A stretch of DNA of 64,000 nt, from positions 14,465 to 78,464 of the forward strand of contig JBHLQH010000016.1 in the NCBI GenBank assembly GCA_048884965.1, written 5' to 3'. A model generated the notes under the pieces. It made no database searches. It was not told where the DNA came from and saw nothing but the letters and a program-made list of their open reading frames with translations. Below, piece by piece: positions 57,339 to 64,000 of the stretch. The stretch is from Candidatus Thorarchaeota archaeon. Its GTDB lineage: Archaea > Asgardarchaeota > Thorarchaeia > Thorarchaeales > Thorarchaeaceae. The position numbers and the translations under genes are program-made. How positions within the stretch are numbered: position 1 is the first letter of the stretch; every line of letters begins with the position of its first letter.

Positions 57339-57844
57339 ATTGGCGGGCTTTTTCCAAGTCGTTTCAATACATCTAGGATGTCTTCCCGCATCGCAGTCAT
57401 TCGTATCGCAGTGCTAGTAGATGGATCAGTGATGGTAACATTGTAGTAGGTGTATGCTCCTTCATCATGTGAAACACTAGTACTCATGAATTGATCAGGA
57501 GTGAATTCTTGCAGATTCTCGAGGAGGATTTCTTTCTGAATAAGACCACCACGAACCTCTAGTAGTCTCTGAGAGGTGATGAAGTATCGGGTCCTTTTTG
57601 CCTGAATCATCAGATAGAGCAAATAGAGAATAGTAAGGCCCATGATGAGCAGGACTATTGTACCTATTCTTTCGCCCAGAATAGCCAGGATGAACCAACC
57701 CGTGAGAATCGTCAGTAGGGGTAGACATCCACCACACCAGAACAGAATGAAGTTGATTCCTGCTTTTTTATCCCATTCAATGGTTTCTCCTTCATTCAGG
57801 CCTTGATTGGGAGGGTCGAACTCTTTCCAGCTAGTTGGACACAT
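57335..57844 (-). CDS. Membrane protein with bacterial-PH-like domain
   Basis: L.EGETIEW, 2 TM, TRYFITSQRLL. Confidence 0.6.
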   Translation of the reverse strand: MCPTSWKEFDPPNQGLNEGETIEWDKKAGINFILFWCGGCLPLLTILTGWFILAILGERIGTIVLLIMGLTILYLLYLMIQAKRTRYFITSQRLLEVRGGLIQKEILLENLQEFTPDQFMSTSVSHDEGAYTYYNVTITDPSTSTAIRMTAMREDILDVLKRLGKSPPI

Positions 57845-57895
57845 AGCAATACCTCCAAGGTGGATATCTATGGTAGGATTTGAATATTCCTCAAA

Positions 57896-58201
57896 TTAGA
57901 CCCAGCTGCCAGATTCGCGTTTTATCCCCTTCTGGCTGAGGAAATCTCTGAACTTGGAAACAAGATAGAGATCATCTTTGTACACCAGTTCTATGAGGGC
58001 AAGGAGAAGCTTGTCCTTCTCTTCAGGAGGAATAATGACCCAATACTCGTAATCAGAGTCCCCCCAGAACTCCTTTGGAGCCCTACCAATGTCCTGTCCT
58101 GATACGACAAGGCGCCCTTCGTCATCTATCTCTGCATCAATGAAGATTGATGTCTCTCCGCGCTTTTCAACGAGAGAGACTCGAAGATTTGTGTCATCCA
58201 T
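57896..58201 (-). CDS. Hypothetical protein
   Basis: Codirectional with neighbours; start reassigned to ATG 58201. Confidence 0.6.
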   Translation of the reverse strand: MDDTNLRVSLVEKRGETSIFIDAEIDDEGRLVVSGQDIGRAPKEFWGDSDYEYWVIIPPEEKDKLLLALIELVYKDDLYLVSKFRDFLSQKGIKRESGSWV

Positions 58202-58206
58202 AATTT

Positions 58207-58572
58207 TCACCCATCTATCACGAACTCTTTTCCACAACTAAGACATATGCGTCGGTCATCCGGACGTGCCTTCTTGTAGTATTCATTCCACTCCTGACAC
58301 GATGGACATCTATATTTCACAAACCTAGAAGGGCGGTCACTGTCCAAGTATCTCAGAAGTCTACATTTGCGGCATCTATAGGCTTGAATATACGAACATT
58401 TCAACCCCAAACCACTATAAGGGCCGATAGTTTCGCCTGTACAGGAAAACACAGAAAGTTGATGGTTCCAAAAAATCCCCCGAGCACTTACGATATACCC
58501 TTTCTCCATATCAATGCCACAAGCAGGACAGATTGCATCCTTTCCTTCGGGATAGTTGTCTCCTATGACCAT
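58207..58572 (-). CDS. Zinc-ribbon protein (PF20097-like plus a second ribbon)
   Basis: CPACG..MEKGYI..W..AYRCRKC; CPSC..CLSC. Confidence 0.65.
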   Translation of the reverse strand: MVIGDNYPEGKDAICPACGIDMEKGYIVSARGIFWNHQLSVFSCTGETIGPYSGLGLKCSYIQAYRCRKCRLLRYLDSDRPSRFVKYRCPSCQEWNEYYKKARPDDRRICLSCGKEFVIDG

Positions 58573-58843
58573 AGCACAACACCTAATCAAGATACGTAGG
58601 TGAGAGCATAAACTTGTTCATACACGGGAGGGTTCGTAGAGAGCGCTATTCTGGCGCTGAAGCTTCTTCTTATATACAGTATCAGAATCGGAGAGTTGAG
58701 GCCCACAACTATGAGTTACTGAAACGCGTTCAAATGTGCGAATCTAGATGTGGGTGAACTCAAGTGATATGTATTTGTTCTTGCATGAGCATCTTCATCT
58801 AGAGAGTACTCTATTCATGTAGGCGAATCGGAAAAAGAGATGA

Positions 58844-59890
58844 ATGAATATGTCATTGGCAACTGAAGTAAGCTATCGAGCAGTTCTACTCCGACTAAGA
58901 AAACTCGCACAGAGGGCATTAGAGCAGTATGGAATCGATAATGCACAATTGAAATTACAGAGTGCTGATGGGAATGGAATCTATAGAGTCACTATTCCTT
59001 CAGATAGTGAGTCACATCAATTTCCTCCCGGGCAGTATAATCTGAGATTGCATCAGCCAGGATACATGGATCCAAAGTTCATACCATCGGAGATGATGTG
59101 GCTTGCAGCTCTTAGCGATGCAGGAATTCCTGTCCCGAAACCTTTCAGAAATCTGAGTGGTGAGTGGCTAACAGTAGTGGAAAGCGAGTTTGAGGTTCCG
59201 TGCTCAAGAAACTGTTCTCTCATAAGCTGGATTGATGGGAGAGCGCCTAAGAACCCGAGTTTGCATCATATGAAGGCGGTTGGTCGAGTAATTGGCAGAA
59301 TGCATGAACAATCAATTAGTTGGAAACCTCCTAAGGAGTTTATTCGCCCACATTGGAATTGGGAAGGACTCTATGGGGGAGGCTTTGAATATGGATTCGT
59401 CGGTGAAGAAACTCGAAACACGATACCCAGAGCCTATCAAGCATCTTTTACGCATGCAATCGAACTAGTGAAAGAGGGAATGGAACAGCTGGGTACTGGA
59501 AGAGAGGTCTATGGCGTAATCCATGCGGATTTCGCCGTTGATGGAAATGTGCTCTTCCATAAAGGAGAAGCTCGACCAATAGATTTTGATGATTGTGGAT
59601 TTGGCTATTGGTTATTCGACTTGGGTGTTGCATTGGCACACTACTTTGTTGAGATTGAGAATCCTATACCGAAGATGAAAGAAGCCCTTATTGAGAGCTA
59701 CACAGAAACCACGCCACTAACGGATGTGAACTTAGAGTACATTGATCTATTCACGGTAGCAAGATTGGCTCAACTCATTTACTTCTACCACGGAACAGCC
59801 ATGGTACATCCTCAATTCCAAGAAAGCTGTAATAGGTACATCAAGAGCTTTGGAGAGGAACTCAAACGAGTTCTGAAAAGAATTCGATGA
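58844..59890 (+). CDS. APH / type II homoserine kinase-like phosphotransferase
   Basis: LRLH, E..WL..L, IHADF..GNVL, IDFDDCGFG. Confidence 0.88.
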   Translation: MNMSLATEVSYRAVLLRLRKLAQRALEQYGIDNAQLKLQSADGNGIYRVTIPSDSESHQFPPGQYNLRLHQPGYMDPKFIPSEMMWLAALSDAGIPVPKPFRNLSGEWLTVVESEFEVPCSRNCSLISWIDGRAPKNPSLHHMKAVGRVIGRMHEQSISWKPPKEFIRPHWNWEGLYGGGFEYGFVGEETRNTIPRAYQASFTHAIELVKEGMEQLGTGREVYGVIHADFAVDGNVLFHKGEARPIDFDDCGFGYWLFDLGVALAHYFVEIENPIPKMKEALIESYTETTPLTDVNLEYIDLFTVARLAQLIYFYHGTAMVHPQFQESCNRYIKSFGEELKRVLKRIR

Positions 59891-59925
59891 AATCCATGTT
59901 GAGAGATACAGAAGATATGAATCAA

Positions 59926-60414
59926 TCAAATATCTGATTCCATTCTTCTGCTAAGCTCCTTGAAACCACATCTCTCCCAGAATGCTATTCCAATTTGATT
60001 CATGGATGCCACGGATAGCTGCAATCGATGAATTCCTTGATCAATGAGCCATTGCTTCACCAAGTCAACAAGATGAGAACCAATACCTGAGCGGCGGTAT
60101 CTCGTTGTGACCATAAGAGTGTCGATGAAGCCCATGTCGAGGTCTCTGTATACAGGTGGTTTCTTTTGTAGGTACGCAAAGACAAAACCAATCAACTGCT
60201 TCTCCAACGTGGCAACAAAGAAGATATTGTCTGCCATGTCCATTCGTTCACTATAGTACGATCGAGCAAGGAAAGCAGCATCATCGACCATGGAGTAGCG
60301 AGGGTCAAGTTCTTCGTGATACCTTTGAATCTCCTTCCAGAGGTTAACGATCTCATCCATATCTAATGGCGTTGCGACTCGATATTCTAGAAAAGGTAAT
60401 TCCACCTCATACAC
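59926..60414 (-). CDS. GNAT acetyltransferase
   Basis: YRRSGIGS, N..GIAFWERCGF. Confidence 0.9.
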   Translation of the reverse strand: MYEVELPFLEYRVATPLDMDEIVNLWKEIQRYHEELDPRYSMVDDAAFLARSYYSERMDMADNIFFVATLEKQLIGFVFAYLQKKPPVYRDLDMGFIDTLMVTTRYRRSGIGSHLVDLVKQWLIDQGIHRLQLSVASMNQIGIAFWERCGFKELSRRMESDI

Positions 60415-60484
60415 CGCGATGAACTACACTGTGTGTGATTCAAATGTTTTTCCATCCAATAAGATGAGAAGAAAGAATACAGAC

Positions 60485-60907
60485 CTACTGCCAAAGAACT
60501 TGTTTAATCTGCTCAAGAAGGGGCAGAAGAATAGTAGGATTATTTGAATAAAGAGTCAAATCTAATTCTGAACGATCTTTGTGTGCATCATCAAAGCACT
60601 TCAGAGAGATGAATACTAGATCGGTGCCCTCATGGAGATGCCCGCGTGCCACGATTCTGCCTTCATAATCATGTTCGGAAGCTATCTCGCGGGAATCCAT
60701 TATGTAGAAATTTATGTTCTTTAGGTATAATTCAGATCTATGGAAAATTAGATCTCCACGGTCATCAACACCAACCCTCTTGTGAAGACTATACATATTC
60801 TTAGTCCAAAGGTTCAAATCAAATTTCATTACATCACTCAAGTTATTCTGTACTTGGAAAAATAAAAGGTATGACTCATTCTTTCTGGCAGAGAAGGAAT
60901 ATTGCAT
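60485..60907 (-). CDS. Hypothetical protein
   Basis: 140-aa ORF with ATG start. Confidence 0.55.
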   Translation of the reverse strand: MQYSFSARKNESYLLFFQVQNNLSDVMKFDLNLWTKNMYSLHKRVGVDDRGDLIFHRSELYLKNINFYIMDSREIASEHDYEGRIVARGHLHEGTDLVFISLKCFDDAHKDRSELDLTLYSNNPTILLPLLEQIKQVLWQ

Positions 60908-61013
60908 AGACCACTAATCCCAGTTACTTGTACTTTGTGTGGTGTCTTTTTTTTGACGGTTTCTTTCGACTAAAGGAAATATCTTATCAGTAAGCCCTTC
61001 GGACCTGTAGAAC

Positions 61014-61538
61014 ATGACTGATGAACCAAAGAACATCATTGCGCTTAACAGACCAGGAGATCTCTCTCCTCGAGTTGCATTCTTGTTCTCAATGATGGAA
61101 AGAGTACGAAATAGACTCCTAAGGGTAGTAGATGATCTCCCAGATGAAGAACTTGATTTTACTCCAAATGCAAGGAATATCGAATCAATTGGAACATTGC
61201 TTCTTCATGTCGCAGGGGTTGAGTGGTCGTGGATATTCGAAGACATGGATGGAGAAGAGATGGACTATGAGAAGTGGAAGTATGCATTCCCACTTCGAGA
61301 AGGCATTCCTCAGCTAGCTGGGCAAGGTAAGCAATTCTATATTGATCGGCTTCATGACGTTAGAAAGGAGGTTCGTGAGAGGCTAAGGAATCTTGATGAT
61401 GCTTCACTTCACCATCTGGTCAATCTAGGACACGCAGAGGTCACTATTGAATGGATTCTCTTTCATCTGATAGAGCATGAAAGCATGCACATAGGTCAAA
61501 TATCCGTTCTTTCCAGGCTTTACAAAAACCAACGATAG
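61014..61538 (+). CDS. DinB family protein
   Basis: SIGTLLLHVAGVE..W, HLIEHESMHIGQI. Confidence 0.9.
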   Translation: MTDEPKNIIALNRPGDLSPRVAFLFSMMERVRNRLLRVVDDLPDEELDFTPNARNIESIGTLLLHVAGVEWSWIFEDMDGEEMDYEKWKYAFPLREGIPQLAGQGKQFYIDRLHDVRKEVRERLRNLDDASLHHLVNLGHAEVTIEWILFHLIEHESMHIGQISVLSRLYKNQR

Positions 61539-61567
61539 AAAACGGAGAAGCTAGAGGAATTCATGAA

Positions 61568-62143
61568 ATGGAAGAAGATTCTGTATGGGATTATTCTCAT
61601 ATCCCTGAGAGAAAATGGACATGGCATTTTGAAGAGGACCACTGGATGGATCTGGAAGTCAGCTCATCCGGATTGTCATATTTTGGCACAGATTGGACTT
61701 GTCAATCGGGGGGAGGCTATTTTGGTGGTTTTCAGACCTTCGAGGAGTTTCTCTCGACAAAGTCATTGCAAAAAATGCCAAGCGAGATCAGGAACGAGGT
61801 CAAGCTATATCTTTTGGAGCACAGAAAGAGAGGAGGGGCCTTTCTTCGTCTTTCTTGTGCACATGATGTTTCAGGATATCAGTTGGTGGGAGTCTTCGTT
61901 CATTTAGATGACAATCCAATTCAAGTGAAGGTTGTACAGAATGCAGACGAAATTGTCATCTATGAGGGTAGCATCAGCCCAGGGGAACATCACTTCAGTT
62001 ATGTTCTCATCTTGGAGTCCACTGAAAGTAAGAAGAAAGTATCCGGTAGCTTTGATATTAGAGTTCAAGACGGGAAGAATTCCGCTACTATTATGACAAG
62101 CAAAGATGAGAAGGGCAATCTTCTGACGAGATTCATTGATTGA
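61568..62143 (+). CDS. Hypothetical protein
   Basis: 191-aa ORF with Trp-rich N-terminus and beta-rich C-terminus. Confidence 0.6.
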   Translation: MEEDSVWDYSHIPERKWTWHFEEDHWMDLEVSSSGLSYFGTDWTCQSGGGYFGGFQTFEEFLSTKSLQKMPSEIRNEVKLYLLEHRKRGGAFLRLSCAHDVSGYQLVGVFVHLDDNPIQVKVVQNADEIVIYEGSISPGEHHFSYVLILESTESKKKVSGSFDIRVQDGKNSATIMTSKDEKGNLLTRFID

Positions 62144-62243
62144 CTTTGGAATTGAATACCAATGAACAACCAAATTAGCATCGTGAAGGTGGCGCAGTAC
62201 GATTGACTAATAATAAAAAATCTGTAGGTCCGATTGAAATCAA

Positions 62244-63197
62244 ATGACGCTTCAAATCGAAACAAGGAAATTGAGCCTTGAAGAGTGCACAACAATTGCG
62301 GAAATATCTGTAGCTAATAGGAGAGGCACTCCATTGGAATCAGGAAAGACCATTGAAGAGATATCACAGAATATTGTAAGAATCTCAGAGAATGAGAAAT
62401 ACGAGATTGTGATCGCTGAAGAGAATGGAAAAATTGTAGGTTGTATCTATTATTATTTAGGATTCCCATTAATGGCTTTCATCAGTGGTTTTTCACCAAT
62501 AATAGACCCTGCAAGAGATTCAGAAATGATTGCCATTGCTCTCATTGAGGCGTCAAAGAAGAACATCATTGAGAAAGGCTATACAAGATTGGAAATCGAA
62601 TTCGTGCTTCTATCGAATGAACATCGAAACCTATCACGAAAGTATATTGGCCGGTATGAGAAGTGCGGATTTCGCTTTGCTGCTGAAGAGGTACATATGA
62701 AAGTAGACCTTAGTACTATTGATTTGCCCACACTTGAACGCCCCAATGAATACACCATAAGAAGATTCACTGAAGTACCATACGAGAAACTTGAGGAATC
62801 AGGATTCCAGACCTTCGAGAATGGCAAAGACCAATTGTTCCGTTCTATGTCCCACGCTGAACAACAGGTAACCCTACAAGTTTTCTTTGACAAGAACTCA
62901 CCTTTTGTCGATGAAGCATCCTTGGTTCTAGAGAAGAAAGAACAAGTCATTGGCTTCATTATCACTAGACCGGGAGATAAAGAAAGCACAATTGGACCTG
63001 TAGGACTTATACCTGAAGAGAAGGGAAAGGGTCTTGGTAGCTATCTACTTGTTCAAGCGTTGGTTGCCTTGAGAAATGATAATCAGAGTGCTGCAGTTCT
63101 TGATATGTCAGTGGGAAATACTCCCGCAAGGAATCTCTATTCAAAGTACGGGTTCAAACCAGAGTACTACAAGCAATTTTACTACTGGGCGCCCTAG
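62244..63197 (+). CDS. Tandem GNAT acetyltransferase
   Basis: Two GNAT folds; KGKGLGSYL, N.PARNLYSKYGF. Confidence 0.88.
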   Translation: MTLQIETRKLSLEECTTIAEISVANRRGTPLESGKTIEEISQNIVRISENEKYEIVIAEENGKIVGCIYYYLGFPLMAFISGFSPIIDPARDSEMIAIALIEASKKNIIEKGYTRLEIEFVLLSNEHRNLSRKYIGRYEKCGFRFAAEEVHMKVDLSTIDLPTLERPNEYTIRRFTEVPYEKLEESGFQTFENGKDQLFRSMSHAEQQVTLQVFFDKNSPFVDEASLVLEKKEQVIGFIITRPGDKESTIGPVGLIPEEKGKGLGSYLLVQALVALRNDNQSAAVLDMSVGNTPARNLYSKYGFKPEYYKQFYYWAP

Positions 63198-63433
63198 CGA
63201 TTGTCATGCGCATATCCACTATGAGATCTTGTGCCAATAGATTTACCCAGTTTCTGCAACTAATGGAATCATATTGTACGTATTCTTACCCAACCTAGAA
63301 ATCATCTACCCTACATCATCGCTCATACCAGTCATTCGTATCACAGTACCTGACAGATAGTCTACAATTGTCAAATCATGGGTTCATGTCTTTGTGTTTA
63401 GAGAGTTCTTACAGATTTGAGAGATTGAATATC

Positions 63434-63919
63434 CTACGGAGGTGGCCAATCTCTTGGAAGAATCGCTGCTAGAGAACGTATCAGTTCCTTAGTTCGCTTG
63501 TCATCATTCCTACAATTCTCCCAGACCTTCTGTTCAAACAATAGATTGTCACCATCTCGAATCATGAATGAGAGTAATGCAGTATCTGGTAGCGCCCTCT
63601 CGGTGCAATTCTCCATATCCCATATCTTTCTGTCAATCAGTTCCTTGATGAAATTCAGTAGCGCATCTTCTGAGAATGCCATGTTTCGGACTTTTGCAGC
63701 TTTCTCTTCATCTTTATCCACGGGGATTCCTTTCGGTATTTTCGAGAGGACTATCTTCTCAGGGGTCATGATGATTCTAGTCCGAGAATGAAAAGCGGTG
63801 TGTCCAGATCTATATTCAAAGGTGAAGCTTGATAGCCCTGATTTGTCCTTTTCCAAACGCTTTAGGTAGTTCTTCAATTCTTTCTTGGTATAGCTCACGT
63901 TTCTCCGCCTCTTTGCCAC
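63434..63919 (-). CDS. Hypothetical protein
   Basis: 161-aa ORF with GTG start. Confidence 0.6.
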   Translation of the reverse strand: MAKRRRNVSYTKKELKNYLKRLEKDKSGLSSFTFEYRSGHTAFHSRTRIIMTPEKIVLSKIPKGIPVDKDEEKAAKVRNMAFSEDALLNFIKELIDRKIWDMENCTERALPDTALLSFMIRDGDNLLFEQKVWENCRNDDKRTKELIRSLAAILPRDWPPP

Positions 63920-64000
63920 TGAAGTATTGACTTGATTCCTTGAAGAATCTGTAGCAAAATAAGGTATTTGAAATTCAAAATAAAGGAAAGGAGAACCGTA

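Noticed and set aside
61563-61907. Overlapping alternative-frame ORF or programmed frameshift
   Set aside because: The 61568-62143 frame is longer and complete, and no slippery site or motif supports the alternative.
1-64000. CRISPR array, IS element, integrase or provirus
   Set aside because: No spaced direct repeats, transposase or integrase motifs, or viral hallmark genes were seen by eye.

Overview
Archaeal genomic window, most likely from an Asgard archaeon (Thorarchaeia-like). This is inferred from a two-domain gelsolin, an N-terminally extended small GTPase, and archaeal-type ribosomal and tRNA machinery. Left part (0.3-22 kb): a heterodisulfide reductase cluster (HdrA-MvhD fusion, HdrC, HdrB, second HdrA), a NYN-LOTUS nuclease, an Fe-S protein, a probable catalytically dead MCM-helicase paralogue, gelsolin, Fpg, housekeeping enzymes, an intron-containing tRNA-Ser(GGA) and a GTPase. 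Middle part (22.8-48 kb): uS13-uS4-uS11, tiaS, tsr3, an RNase P RNA gene (not in the ORF track), cbf5, and the uL22-to-uL15 / secY / adk / eL34 / cmk / eL14 superoperon. The superoperon carries an embedded Hsp20 gene and is interrupted by two cassettes: a membrane protein plus membrane-anchored HTH, and an ABC exporter plus Nudix. Right part (48-64 kb): winged-helix and cyclin-fold hypotheticals, hypD, mobA, DsrE, HisN/IMPase, a PAS histidine kinase and an accessory stretch (APH kinase, GNATs, DinB). The best candidates for something new are the degenerate MCM paralogue, a stand-alone cyclin-box protein, the membrane-tethered regulator cassette, and a switch-like RNA leader before hdrA2. All family calls come from reading motifs by eye; no database searches were run.
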